A program made the translations under genes and the position numbers. The notes under the pieces were generated by a model. It was not told the DNA's origin. It made no database searches and saw only the letters and a program-made list of their open reading frames with translations. From assembly GCA_965248435.1 (NCBI GenBank), contig OZ252100.1, positions 1,472,001-1,536,000 of the forward strand: a stretch of 64,000 bases of DNA, in the 5' to 3' direction. Of the stretch, positions 19,379-29,535 are shown piece by piece (the stretch's first letter is position 1; the number at the start of each line of letters is the position of its first letter). This DNA comes from Candidatus Latescibacterota bacterium (GTDB lineage: Bacteria; Latescibacterota; UBA2968; GCA-2709665).

Positions 19379-20161
19379 TCAATCTCGATCTATCGAAAAC
19401 ATGAAGAATTCACCCAGTTCCTGATAGCCCATTCTCGCTGCGATGGCGATGGAAGCGGCATTGTCTGGTGTGCAATGCCACTGCGGCACGAGTCCCATGG
19501 ACAACCATGTATCGATAAAAGCAGCTGTCGTGAGCGTTGCATACCCTCTTCGTCTGTATTCCGGGCCTGTCGTGAGCGCTATATCGCATTCTCCTCCACC
19601 CACGAATGTCGTATGACAAAGGCTCGCAATCTGTTCTCCTTCAAGCAGCGCGTAGCCGAGTCCTTCAGAGAGGAATTTTTCCCTCCGGGGCCATAAGAAG
19701 CCTAAACGCGGGCGGTACGTGTTGACGATTCGATCGAAGAGGCTTTCGTCGACGCGCAGCATCCGGCAGCCCTTTGGAACTTTCTCGCTCCAGTTTCTGT
19801 TTGCGGAGAACCGCTCGGCATCCAGTCGAAATGTCTTCATTCGGAATCCCTTTGACTGTTCTCTAAAGTGGGCTTCTATACTGGTTTTCCAGTCCTGGGG
19901 ATGGATGCACAGGGAATACGGACGATCTTTGCTGGTCAATTCGCCTGGCAAACTGTGACCCGCGCCAGCACCTGCGAGGTAGTTGTAGTTGGTAGCTCCA
20001 CATATGAGAACCTGAGCGGGCCGGGTCCTGTCGTCAACAAACACCGTACCCGCTTGATGCCCATCCACCACCGAGAAAGCGATAGGAGAGTAGTACTCCA
20101 CTTCGCTCAGTAAAGATGAAACGATGCTGTACTCGTTTTTCTCAAGTTCGATCACGAGCAA
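19379..20161 (-). CDS. GNAT family acetyltransferase (two-domain, same family as 16360-17118)
   Basis: PEYRRRGYAT; WHCTPDNAASIAIAARMGY. Confidence 0.88.
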   Translation of the reverse strand: MLVIELEKNEYSIVSSLLSEVEYYSPIAFSVVDGHQAGTVFVDDRTRPAQVLICGATNYNYLAGAGAGHSLPGELTSKDRPYSLCIHPQDWKTSIEAHFREQSKGFRMKTFRLDAERFSANRNWSEKVPKGCRMLRVDESLFDRIVNTYRPRLGFLWPRREKFLSEGLGYALLEGEQIASLCHTTFVGGGECDIALTTGPEYRRRGYATLTTAAFIDTWLSMGLVPQWHCTPDNAASIAIAARMGYQELGEFFMFSIDRD

Positions 20162-20178
20162 TTCCTCTCATCGAGGTC

Positions 20179-20550
20179 CTACACGTGTTGATCAACAAGA
20201 ATGGGATTGCCGTCCGGATCAACCACAATAAAGCTTGCCGGTCCTGAACTCTCCTCATCCGTTTCAGTCTGTATTCTGATACCTTTTGTCTTAAGCTCTC
20301 GTTGGAGATCTCTCACGTCCGTAAATGAATCCAGTTTCGTGGCATTTCGATCCCAGCCGGGATTGAAAGTCAAACTGTTCTTTTCAAACATTCCTTGAAA
20401 CAGTCCGATCGTGCAATCACCATTTTTCATAATGAGCCAATTTTGCGAAAGGTCGCCGCCAAAGACCTCGAAGCCGAGGTTCTCATAAAATGATCTTGAA
20501 GCTTGAATTTCCTTAACATTCAGACTTACTGAAAATGCACCTAATGTCAT
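20179..20550 (-). CDS. VOC/lactoylglutathione lyase-like protein
   Basis: [31 protein letters not shown]; start at ATG after AGGAGG. Confidence 0.9.
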   Translation of the reverse strand: MTLGAFSVSLNVKEIQASRSFYENLGFEVFGGDLSQNWLIMKNGDCTIGLFQGMFEKNSLTFNPGWDRNATKLDSFTDVRDLQRELKTKGIRIQTETDEESSGPASFIVVDPDGNPILVDQHV

Positions 20551-20771
20551 ATTTCCTCCTCGTGACAGTCGCAACCAAAGGTTCGTGTTGAAAGGATATC
20601 AAAACGACGGACAATTGCATATAGTTGGAGTTTTTGGTTGGGGGAGGACAGGTTGGGATCGGAGGGCGCGAAGCGCCCGCAGCCGCAGCGCCGCCTGTTA
20701 TGCGCCGGCAGCCCCCTTCGCTGCAAAGCCCTTAAAGGGAAAGGAGAGAAGGCTCGAGAAAGCGCCTCCTT

Positions 20772-21818
20772 TTACACCGGGAACGGAACATTATAACGTT
20801 GGCCGAGTTCTGCCAGTTCATCGGCTAAACCCGCTTCCACCGGGATGCCCTCAGTGAGACGCTGCTCGCGCCGTAAGCCCTCGATCTCCCCAGGGTAGTA
20901 GACTCGATCAAAGCCCGCAGCCGGTTCCAAGGCAGTAAACTCACTCAACATCTCGTCTAGATTTCGTTTAAATATGTCCAAAGGCATAAACCGTTTGGTA
21001 TCGATAGCCATTATAAAGTGCCCGAGATGTCTTGGGGCATCCATCTCTCCGTACATCTGATTGATGTGTGGTCCCCACAGCATACCCGCCAACAGGCTGC
21101 AGAAGATATCGATAACCATAGCCAAACCACTACCCTTGGGACCAGCCACCGGGTGCAATCCCGCTACAGCAGCCGGATCCGTTGTGGGATTACCAGCGGC
21201 ATCCATGGCCCACGTATCCGGGATCGAATCTCCCTCAACCGCAGCCAAGGCAATCTTGCCGTAAGGAATTGATGAGGTGGCCATGTCCAGCACAATGGGG
21301 ATGCCATCGGTAGGGAATCCGAAACAGATGGGATTGGTGCCAAAGAAAGCCTTGCGGGCGCCGAAGGGAACCAGAAGGGCATCAGTAGCCGTCATGCTCA
21401 TGCCCACATACCCTTCCGAGACCATGCGCAGTGTGTAAAAGCCGGCCATGCCAAAGTGGCTGGAGTTTCCAATGGAAACGATGCCGGTCCCAGCCTCTGC
21501 CGCTAGTTCCATGGCGTGGCTGGTCGCGTGATAGGCGACCACGTGACCCAAGCCATCCCCACCGTTTATGATACCGATCGAAGGTGCTGTTCGCGCAAAG
21601 TCGAGTTGTGGACGCGCCTTGATCGTGCCATTCTCCAGGCGTCGGACGTAATGGGCCAAGCGTACGATCCCGTGTGTGTCTATTCCTGATAGATTGGCGG
21701 TAAGCAGACAGTTGGCGACAATAGCGGCATCGTCCTTTGGTACCCCAACCGTGTTCAATAGATCCACAACGAAGACCGAAAGCTTGCTCTCTGGAATCAA
21801 GACCGGCTTGTTATCCAT
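20772..21818 (-). CDS. Ldh_2 family oxidoreductase (ureidoglycolate/malate dehydrogenase-like)
   Basis: THGIVRL, NSSHFG, FGTNPI, LDMATS, KGSGL, YPGE motifs. Confidence 0.92.
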   Translation of the reverse strand: MDNKPVLIPESKLSVFVVDLLNTVGVPKDDAAIVANCLLTANLSGIDTHGIVRLAHYVRRLENGTIKARPQLDFARTAPSIGIINGGDGLGHVVAYHATSHAMELAAEAGTGIVSIGNSSHFGMAGFYTLRMVSEGYVGMSMTATDALLVPFGARKAFFGTNPICFGFPTDGIPIVLDMATSSIPYGKIALAAVEGDSIPDTWAMDAAGNPTTDPAAVAGLHPVAGPKGSGLAMVIDIFCSLLAGMLWGPHINQMYGEMDAPRHLGHFIMAIDTKRFMPLDIFKRNLDEMLSEFTALEPAAGFDRVYYPGEIEGLRREQRLTEGIPVEAGLADELAELGQRYNVPFPV

Positions 21819-21966
21819 AGCAGACGATTCCTTTCATAGTTGACTCCGTTATGCTCAGCTCCGGTTGAGAACCGACGTTTGATCCCTCTGGTTGCACAAG
21901 CTGAAAACTCTTGTTCTAAACCAGCATAATCAGTATAGCAGAGTGGTGAACTATTATTCATCAGCC

Positions 21967-22710
21967 TTATCCCATGTACATTCCGCCGTTGATGTCAAGC
22001 ACAACGCCGGTGATGTAACTGGCCAGCGGTGAAGCTAGGAACAGGATCACGTTAGCTACATCCTGTGGCTCACCAAGACGACCTAACGGGATCTGTTTCA
22101 GGTAGGCGTCCTCGTTCCCGCCGATCTGCTCCTTGACTGGTTCAGTTAGAATGATGCCTGGAGCAACGGCATTGGCTGTGATGCCAAATGGACCACCCTC
22201 TTTTGCCAGCGACCGCGTAAGGCCAATCAACCCAGCCTTCGACGCCGTGTAATGGACGCCCACCTCGATCCCACCAACCCGAGCAGCCAGCGACGAGAAG
22301 GTAATGATCCTGCCGTTTCTACGACGCCTCATACCCTCCATAAAAGCCTGACAGACGAGGTACGTGCCACGTAGATTCACGTCCAGGACCAGGTCCCACT
22401 CATCTACAGGCACGGCGGCGACGCCTTTTCGATAGGAAATCAGCCCAGCACAGTTAACGAGAATGTCCACTCCGCCCACGTCGGAATTCACTCGCTGCTG
22501 CATACCCTTGACAGCCCCCGGATCCCTTAGATCGCATCGTATTGCCCGACCCGAACCGATTGATGCAATCGTCTCCTGAACACCTGATTCGTCGATGTCC
22601 ACGGCAATAACAGTTGCACCCACTCGAGCAAGCGTTACAGCACAGGCTCTGCCGATTCCAGAAGCGGCGCCCGTAATGAGGGCGACCTTTTCAGAAAGAT
22701 CAATTTGCAC
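21967..22710 (-). CDS. SDR family oxidoreductase (FabG-like)
   Basis: TGAASGIG, NCAG, YTASK, ITGVVLDINGG. Confidence 0.93.
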   Translation of the reverse strand: MQIDLSEKVALITGAASGIGRACAVTLARVGATVIAVDIDESGVQETIASIGSGRAIRCDLRDPGAVKGMQQRVNSDVGGVDILVNCAGLISYRKGVAAVPVDEWDLVLDVNLRGTYLVCQAFMEGMRRRRNGRIITFSSLAARVGGIEVGVHYTASKAGLIGLTRSLAKEGGPFGITANAVAPGIILTEPVKEQIGGNEDAYLKQIPLGRLGEPQDVANVILFLASPLASYITGVVLDINGGMYMG

Positions 22711-22846
22711 GTGAAATGTTCTCCCTATATAGGGGACTATTGAGTTCGGGCCTTCGCTGGGCGCTCACGTCGACACGAAACTGTGAGTGTTCATTGGTTG
22801 AGGACCTAGATCGAAGTCAGCACGACCTAAAGTCACCTCGCCTCTC

Positions 22847-24145
22847 CTAGCCTCTTCTCATCCTGAGCCCACACCAGTCTATTGTGAGCGAGGCGAGAAC
22901 CTCAGCGACCCGCTGCATTGAGTCGATGCTCACTTTCTCATCGATTCCGTGGATGTTTTCCGACTTCGGCCCGTAGCACGTGGCCGGCGTGTCGTAATAG
23001 AGGTTGAAGTATCGAGCATCGGTCGTCGCCTTGAGCAGCGCCCCTTCGGGTGTCTCACCTCGCCAGTCCTTGTGTGCCTTCATCAGGTCCCGCCCGAGTT
23101 CCGACTCCGGATCGAAACTGCAGCCTTCGGCCTGAAACCCGACGTACTCGACGCGGGGTGGGAAATCTTTGAGCCACGGATCGGCGGCGGCGGCCACTTC
23201 CACGCAGGTTTCGATCTCCGTCAAGACATCGGGCACACGTTCGTCGGGCAGCACACCCATTCGAAACCGGGTGAAGCAATCCCCCGCCACGGTGCTCGCC
23301 CAGTCCCCGCCGCGAATAATGCCCACGTTCAGATTGACTGGGTGCTCGACCCCTGCGTAGAGTTCGGGGATGCGGTCCGGGAGGTTGCGTTCGACTTCCA
23401 GGTCCCGAAGCGCCTGGATGATCACCCACGACTTCTCGATCGCGTTCACGCCCTTTTCTGTGCCGAGTACGTGCGCCGTTTTCCCGAGCACACGCGTCTG
23501 GAACCAGATCACGCCTGCCTGCCCCCTCATGTAGGTCTCTCCGAACGGCTCCGGGATCACGCAGGCGTCCGCGGTGTAGCCTTCTGCCAGCAGCGCCAGC
23601 GTTCCATTGCCCGAACACTCCTCTTCGATCGGAGACTGCCAGACCACCCGTGATGCCAGCTCGACACCTATATCCTGAAGCGCAGCCAGCACCCACAGCG
23701 TGCAGACGGAGCCACCCTTCATGTCGGCCGCACCTCGGCCGTAGATCCAGGTCTCTCCGTCCTGCTCGTTTTCGACGATCCGAGGTTCGAACGGCGGGGA
23801 GGCCCAGAGCTCGGTCGGCTCAGGGCTCACCACGTCCACGTGTCCGTTGAAAACGAGTGACCTTCCCGCATCGCTTCCCGGGGCGTGGATGCCCACGACG
23901 TTCTGGCGCCCCTCGTAACCCCAGTCCACCGGGCTGAATCCGGGCAGGCCCTTGATCTGGTCGATATCGACCGGCACCATCCGGGTCTCGAGACCTAGCG
24001 AATCGTAGACCCCCGCGATGAATTCCTGGGCCGACGCCTCCTCGCCGAGTACGCTGCCGTGCCGCACCCAGTCGCTCAGGACCTTCACAGCCCAAGCCCG
24101 CCGCGAATCTATTGCCTCCTGGATGTCTGCTCGATCAGGGTTCAC
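22847..24145 (-). CDS. M20 metallopeptidase, ArgE/DapE-family deacylase
   Basis: NGHVDVV, GRGAADMKGG, IEEE, IHGIDE. Confidence 0.93.
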   Translation of the reverse strand: MNPDRADIQEAIDSRRAWAVKVLSDWVRHGSVLGEEASAQEFIAGVYDSLGLETRMVPVDIDQIKGLPGFSPVDWGYEGRQNVVGIHAPGSDAGRSLVFNGHVDVVSPEPTELWASPPFEPRIVENEQDGETWIYGRGAADMKGGSVCTLWVLAALQDIGVELASRVVWQSPIEEECSGNGTLALLAEGYTADACVIPEPFGETYMRGQAGVIWFQTRVLGKTAHVLGTEKGVNAIEKSWVIIQALRDLEVERNLPDRIPELYAGVEHPVNLNVGIIRGGDWASTVAGDCFTRFRMGVLPDERVPDVLTEIETCVEVAAAADPWLKDFPPRVEYVGFQAEGCSFDPESELGRDLMKAHKDWRGETPEGALLKATTDARYFNLYYDTPATCYGPKSENIHGIDEKVSIDSMQRVAEVLASLTIDWCGLRMRRG

Positions 24146-25527
24146 AATTTTATCCAGGGAAAGCCCGTCGTCATGTAACCTGTCACCGTTCCGTCGCTGT
24201 CGCGGCGGAATTCTACCCGCTCCCCGGCACCGCGACCCGAGGTCGCCAGAAAGGCATCGGGATCTTCCGTGGGCTCCAGCCTCACGGGCGGAGGCTGTCG
24301 ACCGTCGGCAGGCGGTGAGACGAGCAGAAGCTCACCTTCGCAGGTCTCGACCGAGGTTTGATTTCCGAGCGTCGTCGAAACGTAACTGCCCACGAACGCC
24401 TGCCACGCCTTCGGCGTCGAGACCGGCGACGTCACCGTTGTTTCTTCGGGCCCCTCAGTTTCCGCGCCCGTTATCGTCTCGATGATACGGGCAAGGAGGG
24501 GATACCGGGCCGAGTGACCGTCACTGTTGGTCAGGGCGACAAGCCCCAGACGGCGCTCCGGGCTGAAGAAGATCTGGCTCAGAAACCCCTGAAGACCGCC
24601 CCCGTGTCCCAGGAAGATGTCCTTGCCGATGCGCTGTCCCCACCAGGGCAGGCAATAGCCCGTGTCCCAGCCAGAATCCACGAACTGAGGACGCTGCATC
24701 TCCTTCAGCGAGGATCCCGCCAGCACCTGGGCATCGGCTCGTTCCGAAACATCCGTCCTGAACTGAAAGGCGATCCACCTGGCAAGGTCGGCCACGCAGG
24801 AATAGAGACCCCCGGCCGCGACGTAGCCGTTGAGGTGCGGATGAGGCGCGATCGATGTGGAGGTCTCGTGAGAAAGGATCTGGTAGCCGGTGGCAACGCG
24901 GGGGCGCAAAGCGTCCGTCAGCTCGAAGCTGCTGGTGCGCATACCGAGGGGGTCGAGGATATTCGTCAGCACATATTCGGTGTAGGATTGGCCCGAAACA
25001 CGGCTCACTACCTCGCCCAGCAGTGCGAAGGCCAGGTTGGAATACTTGAATGCGAGGTCGGGGTCGATGACGACTTCGACGTCAGGCAGGACCTTCAGGA
25101 TCTCCTCTATCCCGGGAAATTCGAGCGTCTCCCACTGGTCCCCCGGCGCCTCGGCCATAAGCCCGGAGTGGTGGCACATCAGCCGCCGAAGGGTCACGGC
25201 CTCGATGTTTCCCGCGCGGGCCTCTACGTCCGCGAACTCACCGATGTGCTTGACCACGGGATCATCGAGGCTGAGCCTGCCGCAGTCGCGGAGCTGGAAG
25301 ATTGCCGTGCCCGTGAAAGTCTTCGTGATCGAGGCGACCCGGTAGAGGGTATGCTCGTCAGGCTTCCGCTCCGACTCCAGGTCCGCATAACCGAAACCGC
25401 CCGTCCAGACCAGTTCCTGATCTCTGACGACGCCGATAGACACGCCAACCGGGCGCTGCTCGTCCAGCACCTCGGCGACCTGCTCCTCCAGCTGTTCAGA
25501 TATAGACCCTGTGACGGGATCGTCCAC
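24142..25527 (-). CDS. Serine hydrolase, beta-lactamase/AmpC-like family
   Basis: SITK (SxxK), LMCHHSG, YSN (YxN), HGG triad; no signal peptide. Confidence 0.9.
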   Translation of the reverse strand: MDDPVTGSISEQLEEQVAEVLDEQRPVGVSIGVVRDQELVWTGGFGYADLESERKPDEHTLYRVASITKTFTGTAIFQLRDCGRLSLDDPVVKHIGEFADVEARAGNIEAVTLRRLMCHHSGLMAEAPGDQWETLEFPGIEEILKVLPDVEVVIDPDLAFKYSNLAFALLGEVVSRVSGQSYTEYVLTNILDPLGMRTSSFELTDALRPRVATGYQILSHETSTSIAPHPHLNGYVAAGGLYSCVADLARWIAFQFRTDVSERADAQVLAGSSLKEMQRPQFVDSGWDTGYCLPWWGQRIGKDIFLGHGGGLQGFLSQIFFSPERRLGLVALTNSDGHSARYPLLARIIETITGAETEGPEETTVTSPVSTPKAWQAFVGSYVSTTLGNQTSVETCEGELLLVSPPADGRQPPPVRLEPTEDPDAFLATSGRGAGERVEFRRDSDGTVTGYMTTGFPWIKL

Positions 25528-25581
25528 AGACTGCGCTCCGTTTCTCGCAGCTTGTTGATTACGGGAAGTGACGCATCTATT

Positions 25582-25863
25582 TCACTCCGTCCGGCTCGTC
25601 ACCTCGATCAGATGATACCCGAACTGGGTCTGGACCGGGCCCTGTACGGTCCCGATATCTGCACTGAAGACGACCTGGTCGAACTCCTTGACCATCTGGC
25701 CCGGGCCGAACTCGCCGAGATCTCCGCCCTCTTTTCCGGACGGGCACTGGGAATGCTCCTTCGCGACGTCGGCGAAATCAGCCCCCCCTTCGATCTGGGT
25801 CTTGAGATCCTCACACGCTTCCTGAGTCGGCACCAGAATGTGACGGGCACTCGCTAAAGCCAT
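25582..25863 (-). CDS. ppiC: Parvulin peptidyl-prolyl cis-trans isomerase
   Basis: ASARHILV, HSQCPS..GGDLGEF, QMVKEFD, TQFGYHLI; 93 aa from ATG after GGAGG. Confidence 0.93.
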   Translation of the reverse strand: MALASARHILVPTQEACEDLKTQIEGGADFADVAKEHSQCPSGKEGGDLGEFGPGQMVKEFDQVVFSADIGTVQGPVQTQFGYHLIEVTSRTE

Positions 25864-25897
25864 TACGTCCTCCCCATGTGAAAGTACGCTACTCTTG

Positions 25898-25953
25898 ACC
25901 ACGGACCACGGACCGCTGACCGCCGACCGCCGACGAATGATCACGCTATTCAT
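25898..25953. repeat. Heptamer repeat (GACCACG/GACCGCC)n ending ATGATCACGCT
   Basis: gaccacggaccacggaccgctgaccgccgaccgccgacgaatgatcacgct; related copy at 48357-48417. Confidence 0.7.
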
Positions 25954-25966
25954 CTCGCCGTCCGCT

Positions 25967-26410
25967 CTATCCCAGCAATCCCATACAACACTTCTTGAAC
26001 TTCTGACCGCTCCCGCAGGGGCACGGATCGTTCCGGCCCACTTTCGCAAATTTCTTGCGCACCGTCTCGCCCCGAACGGATCCATCGTCGCGGAACCGTT
26101 CAACGTAGCCCGTCTCCAGCTGGGGGATCCAATTCGCCCACCGGTCCGCCTCGGGAAACCTGCCCGTCGTCGAGACGTAGCTCAGAAACGCTTGAAGCAG
26201 TTCCGGGAACGCCTTCCGGACCGGCAAAGGCAGATCCAGCTGGGCGACCTTTTTCAATGACGTTTCGAATCGTTCCTCGGAGAGCTCATCCCCCGTCTCC
26301 TGACACCACGCGGACAGGAGGGAATCGGCGTGCTCCTTCAAGTCCTGATTGAGAAACAGGAAATGCTCCGAGGTGCAATACTCAGGAACAAAATCCGACA
26401 GTCTGTGCAT
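25967..26410 (-). CDS. SEC-C metal-binding motif protein
   Basis: C-terminal [20 protein letters not shown]. Confidence 0.88.
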   Translation of the reverse strand: MHRLSDFVPEYCTSEHFLFLNQDLKEHADSLLSAWCQETGDELSEERFETSLKKVAQLDLPLPVRKAFPELLQAFLSYVSTTGRFPEADRWANWIPQLETGYVERFRDDGSVRGETVRKKFAKVGRNDPCPCGSGQKFKKCCMGLLG

Positions 26411-26427
26411 GAATCTCGAGCCCTGGA

Positions 26428-27240
26428 TTAAAGGACTGCTGCTGTCGACCTAAAATCGAGACGCTCTCGAGTCGCCCAAATCGTGATCCACGGCGGCATT
26501 CTGCTTTGAAAATGGTTCCAGGATCCCGGTTTCGCATTCGGATCCCCGCCTTCCTCCTCCCACACGCCGATCACTCTCATTCCGAGTGAAATCATCGTAT
26601 TGACGATCGTGGTGAGGCTGTGGCGAAATTCGTGTGGACCCTTAACGCTCTTCCTCGTGCCATCCGGAGCTTTGAATTCCCAGAAAGGATCGGGGTCGCT
26701 AACTTCACTCCCATCCTCGAACGGCTCTGTGACGAGGTATCCCTCTCCATTCCACCGATCCCACACGGCGTGGGCATAAGGATTCGTGAAATGGATCCGG
26801 AAGAACCCTGCCGGTCGCAGGACGCGAACGGATTCAGCGATCACCTTCCTTGCATCAGGCACAAAGTTGATCCCGTGGGCCAGCCAGACGACATCGAAAC
26901 TCCGGGACTCAAGCACGGACAGATCCCGCATGTCTCCCTGGATCGTTTGAATAGACAAACCATAGTGATCCGCGGTCGCCCTATCCTTCGCGAGCTGACG
27001 CTCTGTAAGGTCCAGAACCGTTACCCGGGCGCCGAGAATGCCGAAAGCGGCGGACTGCTGTCCTCCAGAAGCCGCAAGACACAGGACATCCTTGCCCGCA
27101 ATCTCGATCTCTACTCCCTCGCGGTTGATGGCGCGATAGGCGGTCTCGTCCGTGAGCTCCATCCAGGGAATCGAGTACCCGATGCCTTCTTTGGAAAGTT
27201 CCTCCCACCGCTCTTTGTTGTACTTCGCGATGTCATCCAT
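26428..27240 (-). CDS. Class I SAM-dependent methyltransferase
   Basis: [25 protein letters not shown]. Confidence 0.92.
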   Translation of the reverse strand: MDDIAKYNKERWEELSKEGIGYSIPWMELTDETAYRAINREGVEIEIAGKDVLCLAASGGQQSAAFGILGARVTVLDLTERQLAKDRATADHYGLSIQTIQGDMRDLSVLESRSFDVVWLAHGINFVPDARKVIAESVRVLRPAGFFRIHFTNPYAHAVWDRWNGEGYLVTEPFEDGSEVSDPDPFWEFKAPDGTRKSVKGPHEFRHSLTTIVNTMISLGMRVIGVWEEEGGDPNAKPGSWNHFQSRMPPWITIWATRERLDFRSTAAVL

Positions 27241-27280
27241 GTGGAAGTCCTGCCTCAGGGATTCCCTCAGATTGCGATCC

Positions 27281-28507
27281 CTACGCCTCCTCCAGACTCA
27301 GCGTTCCCGAACCTCTTTCCCCACCAATTTTGGCGGCGTCGGGAAGTCGCTTCAGACGAGCCATCGAAACGATGCCGAACAGTGGGCCGACGGACAGCAG
27401 TGCGAACACCCAGTTCCAGGAGATCCAATCGACAAACACCGGCACCACGCGAATCGAGATCAGCGTAAGCAAGAACCCCATACAGGTCTGCAGGGTCAGT
27501 GCGGTTCCGACGTACGCGGAGTCGGCCAGCTCGGTAATGCTCGCCGAAAACTGAGCCGAGTCGGCGACGATCGTAAATCCCCAGATAAGACAGACCGTCA
27601 ACAGCAGCACGGGCGAGCCCGCGTAGAACATCCCTGCAACGACACAGCACAAACCGCTGATCAGCATCGATACGATCGTAATCGTCGTACGTCCGTAGCG
27701 GTCTGCGAGAATCCCGGCGAAAACACACCCGATGCCGCCAATCCCGATGACCGCGAATCCGCCGATCGCCGACCAGAATTCAGCATCATTCAAACCGCTT
27801 TCCGTAAAGCTTGAAAGGAGGAAGATCGGGATCCACGTCCAGACCGCGTAGAGCTCCCACATATGTCCGAGATAGCCGAAATTCGCCAGGCGCACGCCTC
27901 GATCGGCCATCGCCCTTCCGATGTAACGCCAGTCGAACCGCGTGCCCTTCGTGGCGTAGGGTCCATCTGTCACAACCAAGAGACAGATCAGTCCGCCGAT
28001 GAGTGAAGAGACCGAGGCCAGGAGCATCAGCTGCCGCCAGTCCGGGCCGCCGATGACCTTCAGAAGATGGGGCAGCGCAGACCCGACCGTCAGAGCACCC
28101 ACCAGCATGCCGATCGCCATGCCCCGCCCTTCCTTGAACCAGGTCGCCATGATCTTCATTCCGGGCGGGTAGACGCCTGCGAGACAGACGCCCGTGAAGA
28201 AGCGCAGCACGAGCGCCGGCTCTATACTGGTGACGAACAGGCCGATCGCACCGTTGAACAGGGCGCCCAGAAAAGCGCTCACCGAAAACAGGTAACGTGC
28301 ATTGAAAATGTCGGACAGATTCAGCAGGACGCTGACCAGCGTTCCCACGACGAATCCGATCTGCACCGACATCGTCAACCACGACCTGCCGGCGTCGTCC
28401 AGCTGCCACTCGGCCGTCAACGTCGGGGTCACCGCGGAGGCTGAAAACCACAACGCCATCCCGAGCAGCTCTGCGACAGAGAGGGCGAACAGAATGCGCC
28501 ATTTCAT
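27281..28507 (-). CDS. MFS transporter
   Basis: About 12 TM segments; GVYPPGMK, GHMWELYA, GILADRYGR, ADSAQFS. Confidence 0.93.
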   Translation of the reverse strand: MKWRILFALSVAELLGMALWFSASAVTPTLTAEWQLDDAGRSWLTMSVQIGFVVGTLVSVLLNLSDIFNARYLFSVSAFLGALFNGAIGLFVTSIEPALVLRFFTGVCLAGVYPPGMKIMATWFKEGRGMAIGMLVGALTVGSALPHLLKVIGGPDWRQLMLLASVSSLIGGLICLLVVTDGPYATKGTRFDWRYIGRAMADRGVRLANFGYLGHMWELYAVWTWIPIFLLSSFTESGLNDAEFWSAIGGFAVIGIGGIGCVFAGILADRYGRTTITIVSMLISGLCCVVAGMFYAGSPVLLLTVCLIWGFTIVADSAQFSASITELADSAYVGTALTLQTCMGFLLTLISIRVVPVFVDWISWNWVFALLSVGPLFGIVSMARLKRLPDAAKIGGERGSGTLSLEEA

Positions 28508-28575
28508 CTAGGCTCGCCCGTTTGCCATCATTGCTCGGATGTATAGCACCAGCCTCACCCTCACCGCGAACAGCC

Positions 28576-29361
28576 TCAAACGGCCGCCGCCTTTCCTCCG
28601 TCGATATTGATCGCCGTGCCGGTAATAAAATCGGCTCGCTCCGATACGAGGAAGGCGACGAGGTCGGCGACCTCGCGGGGCTCGCCGAGCCGTCCGAGCG
28701 GGATCTCCTTTCCCTCCGCTTCGCACCACGCCTCGAAACTGAGCTTGCTTCCTTCCCGCTTCCATCGCCGCTTCCACTGAGCGGTAATAATGTTGGTCAG
28801 GCAGACCGTATTCACGCGGATGTTGTCCTGAGCCGCATCCTTCGAGAGGGCCTTCGTGAACGCGATGCCGGCGGCCCGGGTGACCGACGTCGGCACAGAC
28901 TCACTCCCCGGAGACTTTCCGCCGGGGTGCGTGATGTTCACGATGCAACCGCCGCCCCGCTTCTTCATCTCTGGGATCGCTACCCGGCAGGATCGAACCG
29001 CTGCCCAGAGCTTCAGCGCGAAGTCTTCCTGCCAGATCTCTTCGGTCGCCTCATCGAAGTGGAAGGCGGCAGACCTCCCCGCGTTGTTGACCAGAATATC
29101 GAGTCCGCCGAATTCTTCCACAGCCGCGGATATAAACGCCTCGACCTCCTCGCTCTTCGTGACGTCACTCGGCCTGGCCTGCACCCGCGCGCCGGTCGCC
29201 TCGCGAATCTCGTCTGCGGCCGCGTCCAGAACATCCCTTCGGCGGGCGCAGATCGCGACGTGACAGCCCTCTTCGGCCAACTTGAGGGCCACCGCCTTCC
29301 CCACACCCTCGCTCGCGCCCGTCACAGCAGCGACCTTGCCCTTCAGGTTGAGATCTAGCAA
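28576..29361 (-). CDS. SDR family oxidoreductase (atypical, no canonical YxxxK)
   Basis: TGASEGVG, NNAG, IPLGRLGEP, ITGTAINIDGG. Confidence 0.9.
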   Translation of the reverse strand: MLDLNLKGKVAAVTGASEGVGKAVALKLAEEGCHVAICARRRDVLDAAADEIREATGARVQARPSDVTKSEEVEAFISAAVEEFGGLDILVNNAGRSAAFHFDEATEEIWQEDFALKLWAAVRSCRVAIPEMKKRGGGCIVNITHPGGKSPGSESVPTSVTRAAGIAFTKALSKDAAQDNIRVNTVCLTNIITAQWKRRWKREGSKLSFEAWCEAEGKEIPLGRLGEPREVADLVAFLVSERADFITGTAINIDGGKAAAV

Positions 29362-29390
29362 GTTAAAGAAGCCTCCCTTTCAGCGTCGCG

Positions 29391-29490
29391 ATTCTGGAGT
29401 ATTGCAGTACTGGAGTGTTGGAGTATTGGAAAACCTTGCATTTCCATTACTCCACTACTCCATTCCCCCATTACTCCAATCCCCCAGCAT
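29391..29490 (+). repeat. Octamer-periodic hairpin element copy 1
   Basis: ATTCTGGAGTATTGCAGTACTGGAG head, (TGGAGTAT)-like arm, loop, (CCATTACT)-like inverted arm. Confidence 0.85.
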
Positions 29491-29535
29491 CTTTCTATTC
29501 GTTCCCCCAGCACTCGCAGCTTCTGCCCTTTTCTC

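Noticed and set aside
24142-25527. Functional beta-lactamase resistance gene
   Set aside because: No signal peptide and an extra C-terminal domain; more likely a cytoplasmic esterase or peptidase coupled to the adjacent M20 enzyme
24358-25857. 499-aa plus-strand ORF
   Set aside because: Antisense shadow of the serine hydrolase and ppiC genes, typical of high-GC codon bias
3375-28507. Intact integron
   Set aside because: No intI, no attI and no repeated attC sites; only one partial attC-like remnant near 20661-20703
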